This document shows, in pieces, positions 54,435 to 63,277 of a stretch of 64,000 bases of DNA. Location of the stretch: contig JAXHLW010000011.1 of assembly GCA_034521815.1 (NCBI GenBank), positions 1 through 64,000 of the forward strand. Reading direction: 5' to 3'. The stretch comes from Trueperaceae bacterium (GTDB lineage Bacteria > Deinococcota > Deinococci > Deinococcales > Trueperaceae). How positions within the stretch are numbered: position 1 is the first letter of the stretch; each line of letters starts with the position of its first letter. The position numbers and the translations under genes were made by a program. The notes under the pieces are model-generated. The model was given only the letters and a program-made list of their open reading frames with translations. It ran no database searches and had not been told where the DNA came from.

Positions 54435-57400
54435 TCATGCCACCTTCAGGGGAAGCGGTACGCGTCTCGCGAGGAGCCACGCGAAGTCCTCCTCGCTGAG
54501 GGGGACGCTGAAATAGTACCCCTGACCCATCGAGCAGCCCAGCGCGAGAAGCGCGTCGCGCTGTTCTGGACGCTCGATCCCTTCGGCGATCACCGTGGCG
54601 CCGATGGACGAGGCGATCTTCAGGACGGACGCGGCGATGTCGCGGCTGTACGGGTCGTCCGGCAGGCCGTGCACGAACGCGCGATCGATCTTGATGTCGT
54701 CGAACGGATAGTCCTTGAGGTACGCCAGCGACGAGTAGCCGGTGCCGAAGTCGTCGAGAGACAGCTTCACGCCCAGCGCGTGAAGCGCGTCGAGCTGGTC
54801 GCGTAGACGGGCCCGTTCGTCGGCGAAGACGCTTTCGGTGAGCTCGAGCGTGAGGCTGCTGGGCGGCACGCGGTGGCGCGCCAGGATCTCTTCGACGTCC
54901 ATCAGGAACTCGCGGTCGGCCAGCTGCTCGACACTGACGTTCACGGCGATCTGGACGATGTCCAGACCGTCGTCCTGCCATGCACGAAGCGTCTTGCAGG
55001 CGCGATCGAGGACCCAGCGTCCGATCGGCACGATCAGATGGCTCGTCTCCGCGACGGGGATGAACGCTCCGGGCGAGAGGAATCCCCGAGCTGGATGGTT
55101 CCAGCGGATCAGGGCCTCGCCCGCGACGAGGCGACCGCTGGCCAGCTGGACCTTGGGCTGGAAGTGGAGCTCGAACTCGTCGTTCTTGAGCGCTTCGCGA
55201 AGCTCGTTGGCGAGCTCGACGCGACCTCGTGCCGCCCGGTCCAGATCGGACGTGTAGGCCTGACCGTTCGTAGGCGACCCGAAGCGACTGGCGTGCAGGG
55301 CCACCTCGGCTTCGCGTAGCAGCCCACCTGGAGGCCGAGGCTCGGCCCCGAGGCGGGTGTAGCCGTAGTGGGCGCTGACGTCGAGCTCGAACCCGTCGAT
55401 CACGAACGGCTCGTCGAACGAGCCGTCCCGGTTTCCGAACAGCTCGACGCTCAGCGACGCCTCAGGTGCGAGGTCCGGGAGGAGCACGGCGAACGCGTCG
55501 CCGCCGGTCCGCGCGACCAGCCCGTCCGGACCGGCCGTGGCCGCCAGCCGATCACCGATCGCCCTCAGCAGGGCGTCGCCGATCGCGAAGCCTTGGGATT
55601 CGTTCACGTTGCGCAGCTCGACGAGGTCCAGCGCGACCAGGACGGCTCGCTCGGGCCACGGGACGCTGGTCCAGGTAGCTGGTCAGCTCGCGAGCGAGCC
55701 CGTCGCGCGTCAGGTAGCCCGTGAGAGGATCCTCGAACGCGATTCGTTCCAGAGCCGCTTCGGCACGCTTGGCTTCGGTGACGTCGATGTGCATGACGAC
55801 CGCGCCCTCGAGCTCGGCATCGGTCCGAAGCGGCGTGGCCGCCAGACGGAACCACCGCTCCTCGCTGGGCGAATGGCACGGGTACTCGTACACGAACGAC
55901 GACCGCTGGTCCGCGAGGACGGCGCGCAGCCCGGCCGCCACCTGAGCGCCAGAGCCTGCGTCCTTGCCGCGGGCCGCGTCGCATACCTGCAGGTAGCTGA
56001 CGCCGACCTGATCGTCGTCGGCATCGTTGTCATCCGCGAACGTCCGCCAGCGGTCGTTCACGCTGGTGATCACACCCGACGCGTCCAGGACAGCGATGTT
56101 GGCGGGAAGCGAGTCGATGAGAGCCTTCCTGGTCGTGAGCTCATTGGCGAGGTGGGCCTCCTGGCTCCGCAGCCGCTCCACCATGTCCCGGCGTACGGTC
56201 ACGTCCCGCAGCCCGACGGCGAGGCCCTCCCCGGTCGGATCCACCCAGATCTCGAGCCAGCGGCCGGTCGTCGGATCGAAATCGTCGAAACGTGTCGAGA
56301 CGCCGTCGTCCATGGCGCGCCTGATCTCGTCGCCGATACGGCTTTTCATCACGCCCGGCAACACGTCGTCGAGCAGCCTGCCGGCGACGGCCGTGTCGTG
56401 CCAGAGCTCGGCGATGCGGATCGCCGCGCTGTTGGCGAAGGTGATCCGCAAGGCGTCGTCGATGAGGACGAAGCCGTCGTTGAGCCGCTCCAGCGTGGCG
56501 CGCAGGCGGTGGTCGAGCTGGTGCGCCCGAAGCTCCGCCCGCTTGCGGGCGTCGACGTCCTGGAACGCTCCCTGCACGCCGGTGATCCGGCCGGAGGCGT
56601 CGCGCACCGGCTCGCCCGTCGTTCGGACCCAGATCCGCCGGCCGGTCGCGGTGACGATCTGCAGCTCTTCGTCGTACGGCACGCCGTCGCGCACGGCGCG
56701 CTCGTACGCGGCCCGAATCCGGTCGCGATGCTCGGGCGCGTAGAACACGATCGCTTCAGCGACCGTCGGCCGCGTGCCGAGCGGCACCTCGTGAATCTCG
56801 CAGACCCGGTCCGACCAGGTCAGCGCCTGCGTCCGGGCGTCCACGTGCCACCCGCCGAAACGTGCGATGCGGCTCGCGATCTCCATGACGCGGCGCTGCT
56901 CGTCCAGCGCCGCCTGGGCCTCGACACGCTCCGTGACGTCCTGGATGACCCCCGCGACGTACATCGGGCGGCCTTCCTCGTCACGCTCGACGTCACCACC
57001 GATGTGGACGTGACGATCCTCGCCCTGCCCGGACCGCATCCGGAACGTGTCGTACGTCGGCCCTCGTCCGCCTGTCACGGTGGCATGCAGCGCCTGATAT
57101 CGATCCGCGTCGTCGGGATGGATCATCTCCCGAACCTGGTCCACCGTGGGCGGCGCGGCGTCGGGAGCGAGGCCCAGAATCCGGAGCACCTCGGCAGACA
57201 CCTCGAGCTGGCCCGAGTCGACCGTTCGGCGCCACGAGCCGATGCGGCCGATCCGCTGCGACTCGAGCAGCATCGCGGCGTGCCCCTGGAGCTCCTGCTG
57301 CCGGTCGTGCAGCTCCTGTTCGGCCGCGTCGCGCCGATCGAGCATCGCGTTCAGGGCGGCGCCCAGCCGCGCCATCTCGTCGCGGCCCAGCACGTTCGCC

Positions 57401-58071
57401 CTGGCGGAGGCGTCGCCGAGGCCCACCCGGTCCATCACGCGGACCAGCTGCGCCGTGGGTCGCCCGAGGCGCCGATACAGGAACCACGACGCCGCCAGGC
57501 TCAGGAACGCGAACAGCACCGCGAAGCCTCCGAGCGCACGCGATACCCTCGCTACGGTCGCGTCGGCCTCGAGGTGCCGTTCACGGACCAGCTCGGCCAC
57601 GACGTTCTCGATCGTCACGCCGAACGCGGCCATGCGCGTCAATGTGGCGGCCGCCGGCTCCGTCACGCCGAGCACGCCTTGCGTCGGACCGAGGAGCGTG
57701 GAACCATTCGCGCGAGGACGATCGAACGCGTCGGCGGCCAGCTCCGCCATCTCGTCGAGGGCCGCGACCGCTCGCTGGGCCGCAGGCAACGCGTCCTCCA
57801 TCTCGGTCAGCTCGGACCGGACCCGCCTGAGCCGGGTCAGGAACGCCGGCAACGACGCCTCGTCGACGGCGTCGACCAGGAGCGCGTCGGCGGCCACCGA
57901 AAGCTCCGCGACGCGCACCTGCAACCCCGTGAGCGTCTCGACCTGAGCTATGTGGTCGCGCGACTGCTGCGACGCCCAGAGGGCGAGCACGATCAGCGCG
58001 ACGCAGCCGACGAAGCTCAGAGCCGTCACGATCCGGGCGACCGCGACCATGCTGACGGGACGGGCGTTCAC
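54435..58071 (-). CDS. TM-HAMP-multi-PAS-GGDEF(degenerate)-EAL protein, likely c-di-GMP phosphodiesterase (frameshift near 55660)
   Basis: Two TMs, HAMP (RDEMARL..ALNAML), about 4 PAS domains, GGDAF, then EAL, VNVS, ELTES, DDFGTGYSSL, KID, EGIE, QGY. Confidence 0.92.
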
Positions 58072-58453
58072 GCGGATCCCGTCACGGGCGTCGTCGTCGA
58101 CGTCGTCGTCGGCTTCGTCACGGCCCGCTGGTCCGGTGTCCTGGCCTGCCCGGCGACGCTCACCCCGCCCGTGACGCGTCCGATGACGCGTCGCACGGTG
58201 GCGCGGGTGAACGCTGACTCGTTGCCATGGTGGACGGACGATATGTCATTCGATGGCACGGAGTCCTTACAAGCGACGCATCTGCTCACGACGCCAGCCT
58301 CCGTCCGCTTCAGGTGGTCCGGTCCACCGCACAGTGCTTTGGCACGTGCTCCACGATTGCGCATCCCCCGCCCGACACGAGCAACGTAGCAACCCGCGGC
58401 ACCGCCGGGCGTGGACATGACCACATCGCGACGCCGCCCACGCCGGCATGCGA

Positions 58454-58486
58454 GCACCCCTGCGGGTGTCGTCGCCGCAGGGGTGC
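58454..58486 (-). terminator. 12-bp hairpin downstream of the riboswitch-associated lipoprotein gene
   Basis: gcacccctgcgg-N9-ccgcaggggtgc. Confidence 0.65.
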
Positions 58487-58581
58487 CCATCGCCTCGCTC
58501 AGGCCGCTCGCTCAGGCCGCGCGCTCATGCATCGAGCGCCCACACGTGTGCAGCACGTACGGACGTTCGACGCGCCGAGGA

Positions 58582-59319
58582 TCAGCCGCCCAGCTTGATC
58601 GTGCTTCCCTTCGACGTCAGCGTGAAGTCGACCGTGTAGCCCCCGATGGTCGTCTCCGACTCGATTTCGATCGCGACGCGGAAGGTGCCACGGTTGGGCG
58701 TCTCGGTGTCGCGAAGCATGAGGATCGACACGAGGCGTTCCAGGTCGTCACGATCGGTCAGCTCCACGTCCAAGACGTCCTCCAGCGGGGCCGATCCGAC
58801 GTACGCGTAGGTGCACGCGAATGCACCGCACGTTTCCAGCTCGAACGGCAGGTCCAGATCGACGTCCGTCGTGAACGACACGTCGCCGTTCACGTCGTCC
58901 TGCAACGTGCCTTCCACCACGGCGCGCGTGACGGTGAACCCAGCCGGGGAGTCGGTGGCCAAGGTGCCGGTCGGGACGCTCAGCGTCACCGATTCCTGGA
59001 GCCCGGCGTTGGTGTGGAAACCGGCGAGACTGAAGCCGCGCAGGTTCTCGTCCAAGTCGGGAACGTCGAAGCTGCGGGTCACGTCGAGATGGCTGGTGCT
59101 CTGCGCCGAGAGCCCGCCATCGTCCAGCGTGGCGGTGACCGCCTGGCCGTCGACGCCCAGCGGATCGCCGACCTCCAACGGTGGCACGAACGCGGCCACC
59201 AGGCCGCAGGCGCTGAGCAGCGTCGCAGCGGCGGTGATGCCGATCGCGACCGCGAGCCTTCGCGGACGGTGTTCACGGGTCGTGGATCGTGGTGCGGGTC
59301 GTAGTGTCGAACGGATCAT
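58582..59319 (-). CDS. Uncharacterised acidic beta-rich lipoprotein (245 aa) downstream of a c-di-GMP-II riboswitch
   Basis: GAGGAGG SD, Arg-rich n-region, LLSAC-G lipobox; no recognisable family. Confidence 0.8.
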   Translation of the reverse strand: MIRSTLRPAPRSTTREHRPRRLAVAIGITAAATLLSACGLVAAFVPPLEVGDPLGVDGQAVTATLDDGGLSAQSTSHLDVTRSFDVPDLDENLRGFSLAGFHTNAGLQESVTLSVPTGTLATDSPAGFTVTRAVVEGTLQDDVNGDVSFTTDVDLDLPFELETCGAFACTYAYVGSAPLEDVLDVELTDRDDLERLVSILMLRDTETPNRGTFRVAIEIESETTIGGYTVDFTLTSKGSTIKLGG

Positions 59320-59322
59320 GGT

Positions 59323-59359
59323 GCCTCCTCGGTGGGATGGACATCTCCACCGAGGAGGC
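59323..59359 (-). promoter_or_regulatory. SD-sequestering hairpin (candidate riboswitch expression platform)
   Basis: mRNA GCCUCCUCGGUGG-N11-CCACCGAGGAGGC-accAUG: perfect 13-bp stem whose 3' arm contains the SD. Confidence 0.8.
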
Positions 59360-59399
59360 CCGTCGCTGGCCGTATCGGCTCGGAACGGGTTCTCTCCTG

Positions 59400-59473
59400 C
59401 GATGGCCGGTTGCGCTACTGGCTCCGCCTGCTCCAAGCGCCCAAGTACGGAACAGGCTTCATCGCCGCCATCG
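59400..59473 (-). ncRNA. c-di-GMP-II riboswitch aptamer
   Basis: CGAUGG C GGC GAUGAA GCCUGUUCC GUACUUGGGCGCUU GGAGCAGGC GGA GCC AGU AGCGC AACCGG CCAUCG: P1, P2, kink-turn GA motifs, P3, pseudoknot GCGCU/AGCGC, AACC junction. Confidence 0.88.
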
Positions 59474-59960
59474 AACGACGTCCTGTGAAGCTACGCGGCC
59501 GTGCTGCTACGCAGCGCAGGGACGCGTCCACGCTACGCGCAGGGATCGCACGGGCTTCTTACATCGGCGCGTGGCCGGCATCGACGCGCTCCCCGTAGTC
59601 GCCGGGGCGCACGACGCTGGCTTCGAACAGGCGCCTGACATGATCGATCATGACGCGCGATCCGGGTTGGCGTCGGCGCCGACGACGAGCTGCAATGTGG
59701 TGACGTCCTTCATGGACGGTCCTGTCCATCGTCGCGCGAATCGAGCAAAAACTCAGCTTTTCCGGGTCGCTCGGCTTCCGGGTCGAGGGCGGTCACCTGC
59801 CGGTCTTCGCGAACCGACGACGGCAGCCTCCGAATCGAGTGCCGTTCGCCCCCCTGGAGCGACGTCGAAAGTGTGCCACGTCACGCTCACGTGACTCTTC
59901 GTGGTCGAGCCGGCCGACGAGGACGTGCCACGCGTCGGTCGTTGCCGCGAGTGGTCTTCG

Positions 59961-61090
59961 CTACTCCCCGCGCGGGCCTGTCGCGCCGTCAGGCATGCGG
60001 TCAGGCACGCCGTCGGCCACGACCTGGTTCCGACCACGGTCCTTCGCCGCGTACACGGACAGGTCGCCAGGCGAATCCGGCTGATCGCCGACTCGGTCGG
60101 GCGCAGCTCGGCCACGCCGAAGCTGGCGGTCACGCTCTCCTTGCCGGGGAGACGCAGGTCGAGCTCTGCGATCGCCTGGCGGCAGACGCTCCGCCGTTCA
60201 GGGTCCGCGTCCGCCGGGGACATCCCTCCTCCCGGGAGGACGACGACGAACTCCTCCCCGCCCCAACGGGCCACGGTGTCGTGGCCACGCACCGTCCGCT
60301 GCGCGACGTTCGCGATCGCCTTCAGGACGCGATCGCCGACGCTCGTGACCGTAGCGGTCGTTGACCTGCTTGAAGCGGTCGAGATCGAACCACGCCACCG
60401 ACATGGGGTGCTCGTAGCGGCGAGCGCGCTCGACCTCCTGCTGCAGCCGCTCCTCGGCGCCCCTCCGGTTCATCAGGTCCGTCAGCGCGTCGCTGGTCGC
60501 CAGCGACGCCATCGTCGAGGCCCGTTCCCGCTCCGCGCTCGTGACGCGTACGATTCCGCCGATCAGCACCAACACGCTCGCTTGCACCAGCACCACCTCG
60601 ATCAACGTCGTCTGGGTGCCGAGCGTCGAGAATCCGTCGATCGCGAGCAGGGCGACGGAGGCGACGACGAGCGCCGCCCAGGCACCCCACGCCACGAGCC
60701 CTGCCGCGCGTGCCGACAGCGCCAGATGCGCGAAGCCCGCGATGGCCGCGGTCCACATCGCGATTCGGACCGCGCCGTCGACGTCGCCTTCGCCTTGGCC
60801 CAGGCTCGCCGCCACGACCGCGGCCAGCGCCACCACGAAGGCGACGACGGCGGCCGCGACCAGCGATCGCTCGAACGCCCGGGGCACGCTTCGACGCACC
60901 GCCATGACGCCCGCGGACGCCGAAGGAGCACCACGCCGACGATCACCGCGACCAGCCAGTTCGCGGTGGACCGGGAGTCGTCGAACGACCCCGCGATTCC
61001 CACCAGGAGCGCCGCGACGCCCCCGACCGGTAGGACCACGAGGTAGATGCTCCGTTTGAGGACCGCAGTGCGAGACGGTTGCGACGGCAT
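59961..61090 (-). CDS. Membrane-bound diguanylate cyclase (several frameshifts)
   Basis: N-terminal TMs; DALTDLMNRR, FKQVNDRYGH, RGHD I-site, GGEEF, VTASFGVAE, AAKDRGRNQ. Confidence 0.85.
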
Positions 61091-61180
61091 GACGCGCCAA
61101 AGGTAGCACGGGCGCTCCTCGCGCGAAGGGGCGTCACGCTGGGGTGGCGCCTGCTGCCGCCGTCCTGTCTTCTGTGACGC

Positions 61181-61224
61181 CTTTACGGCGCCTTTACGCG
61201 GGCTTCACGCTTCGCCGCTATGCT
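61181..61224 (+). promoter_or_regulatory. Three 11-bp-phased direct repeats (CTTTACG/CTTTACG/CTTCACG) upstream of a TATGCT -10 box
   Basis: Repeats at 61181, 61192, 61203; -10 at 61219-61224; lies in the divergent DGC/LuxR intergenic region. Confidence 0.55.
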
Positions 61225-61274
61225 GGTGGCGACGTCCGGCGCCGATCCGGCCCGGGACGCGAAGGAGAGCTTGC

Positions 61275-61913
61275 GTGCGCCACGTCCTCATCTGCGACGC
61301 CGAACCGATGTTCCGCTACGGACTCGCCCACCAGCTGGCGCGCCGTGGCTGGACGGCGAGCGTCGCCGAGGCCGGCACGGTGGCCGAGGGGATCGCGTCC
61401 GCCCGCGAAGCTCCGCCTGCCGTGATCGTGGCTGACGCGGTTCTGCCCGATGGCCCCATCGACGATCTGCTGGCGGACCCGTCCGTGCGCAGCGCTGGGC
61501 CCCGTGTGATCGTGGTTCCGTCCGACGCGGACAGCGCCCCGCCCCGCGGCGAGCCGGTTCACGCCGTCCTTCCACGCCACACCGGCGTCGAGCGGCTCAT
61601 CCGCGCCATGGGACCGGAACAGGAGGACGGACCTTGCCTGCCCGAACGCCAGCGACAGGTCCTGGCCCTCGTCTGCCGCGGCTGGTCGAACCGTTCGATC
61701 GCCGAGGAGCTGGGCATCCGCGAGAAGTCCGTTCGCAACTGTCTCACGCGGGCCTTCCGCAGCCTCTCCGTCCAGAACCGCACGCAGGCAGCGATGCACG
61801 TCCTGAACAGCGGCCTTCGGCCCGTCGCACCCCCCGCCGCGTCACCCGCCGCGCCACCTTCGGGCGGCGATGGCCGCACGCATCACGCACGGCCCATCCG
61901 CTCGATCCGGTAG
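61275..61913 (+). CDS. LuxR/NarL-family regulator with atypical receiver domain
   Basis: AAGGAG RBS; REC-like N-terminus; LPERQRQVL..GWSNRSIAEELGIREKSVRN..LSVQNRTQAA HTH. Confidence 0.88.
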   Translation: MRHVLICDAEPMFRYGLAHQLARRGWTASVAEAGTVAEGIASAREAPPAVIVADAVLPDGPIDDLLADPSVRSAGPRVIVVPSDADSAPPRGEPVHAVLPRHTGVERLIRAMGPEQEDGPCLPERQRQVLALVCRGWSNRSIAEELGIREKSVRNCLTRAFRSLSVQNRTQAAMHVLNSGLRPVAPPAASPAAPPSGGDGRTHHARPIRSIR

Positions 61914-63084
61914 TCGACGCAGGCTTCGCCTCGCCGGTCGGCGCGTGCGTCCTCAGCGCAACGACGACGTCGACGAAGGCGTCGATCAGCTCCGGATCGA
62001 ACTGCTCGCCCGCTTGCGCCACGAGCTCGGCGACGGTCTCGTCGTGCGTCCAGGCTCCCTTGTACGGTCGTTCGCTGGTGAGCGCGTCGTAGACGTCGAC
62101 GAGGCTGAACATGCGCGCCAGCAGCGGAATCTCGGAGCCGGCTAGCCGGTCGGGGTAGCCGTGGCCGTCCCAGCGCTCATGGTGACTACGGACCACCTCC
62201 CTGGTACCGGGCGAGAGGAACGGAATGTCGCGGCACATCTCGATCCCGATGACGGTGTGCCGGCGGATGTGCTCGAACTCGTCGTCCGTGAGCCGGCCCG
62301 GCTTCAGCAGGATCCCGTCGGGGATGGCGACCTTGCCGAGGTCGTGCAGGTACGCGCCCCAACGGAGCGCCTGCAACGTCGGCTCGTCCATCCCGAGCTT
62401 CTCGCCGAACGCGACCGCCAGCGCGACGACGCGGTCGGTGTGCCCCTTCGTCTCGTAGTCGCGGTACTCCAGGGCGACGCCCAGCGCCCGGAGGGTGGCT
62501 TCGTGCTGAGCTCGCTCCCGCTCGAGCAGGTCGAGATTGCGCACGGCGATGGCGGCCAGCGTCGCCGTCATCATCAGGCCCGGCGTGTGCTGGTCGCGAA
62601 AGGCCGCGAGCTCGGGGCTCTGCACCTCGATCGCGCCGAAGACGCGTCCTTCGAGGCCGAACGGCACGGTCAGGCTGGAGCGTGGCGGGTTCTCTTCGAA
62701 ATCGCTGCCGGTGTCGACGCGCGGCAGGCCTGCCGTGGCGACGGCCAGGTCGGGCGTGTTCACCACCTCGCCGCTGCGAATGGCGCGGCTCTGCGGACCC
62801 TGGTTGAGCGGGAGGTCGGGGAACTTGGTGAGATCGACGTTCTCCTCCAAGATCAGGTCGCCAGCGGCGTCGACCACGATGTCGGCCGAGTAGACGCAGC
62901 GGCGCATGCCGGTACCGGGTAGGTAGAGGACGACGAAGATCCCCGTGGCGGGCGAGGTACGAGCAGCGAAGCGCGTCAGGGCGCGGAACACCTCGCGCAT
63001 CGAGCGCGCAGCGGCGATTCCCTGCGCGACCGTCGCGACCGGCTCCAGGTCGTTGCTCGGGAGGGGGATGGGCTCGTAGTCCAT
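61744..63084 (-). CDS. GAF + HD-GYP c-di-GMP phosphodiesterase (3' end uncertain, overlaps the LuxR gene)
   Basis: ETKGHTDRV, LHDLGK, LKPGRL, HHERWDGHGYP, DVYDALTSERPYK. Confidence 0.93.
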   Translation of the reverse strand: MDYEPIPLPSNDLEPVATVAQGIAAARSMREVFRALTRFAARTSPATGIFVVLYLPGTGMRRCVYSADIVVDAAGDLILEENVDLTKFPDLPLNQGPQSRAIRSGEVVNTPDLAVATAGLPRVDTGSDFEENPPRSSLTVPFGLEGRVFGAIEVQSPELAAFRDQHTPGLMMTATLAAIAVRNLDLLERERAQHEATLRALGVALEYRDYETKGHTDRVVALAVAFGEKLGMDEPTLQALRWGAYLHDLGKVAIPDGILLKPGRLTDDEFEHIRRHTVIGIEMCRDIPFLSPGTREVVRSHHERWDGHGYPDRLAGSEIPLLARMFSLVDVYDALTSERPYKGAWTHDETVAELVAQAGEQFDPELIDAFVDVVVALRTHAPTGEAKPASTTGSSGWAVRDACGHRRPKVARRVTRRGVRRAEGRCSGRASLPACGSGRRGCGRPA

Positions 63085-63277
63085 GTCGATTCTCGTAGTG
63101 TCCCACGCTCGGCCCACGCGAGGTTCGGCATCTGCGGGGATCGCCACCGTGCCTTGCAGCGCCGACCCGAAGCACCCGCGCATCGCGCGCCGGTAGCTTG
63201 TGCGACACGGGTGGTACGCTCACCGCCAACGAACCACGAACCACGAACGCAGCGCATTCGACCACCGGGGGTTGAAC

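Noticed and set aside
55537-58389. 950-aa plus-strand ORF, and similar long antisense ORFs (16063-18165, 41413-43839, 51834-53933)
   Set aside because: Shadow ORFs in high-GC DNA overlapping clear genes; no motifs
58080-58450. Second riboswitch in the long leader of the EAL gene
   Set aside because: No class-I or class-II c-di-GMP consensus found on either strand by eye
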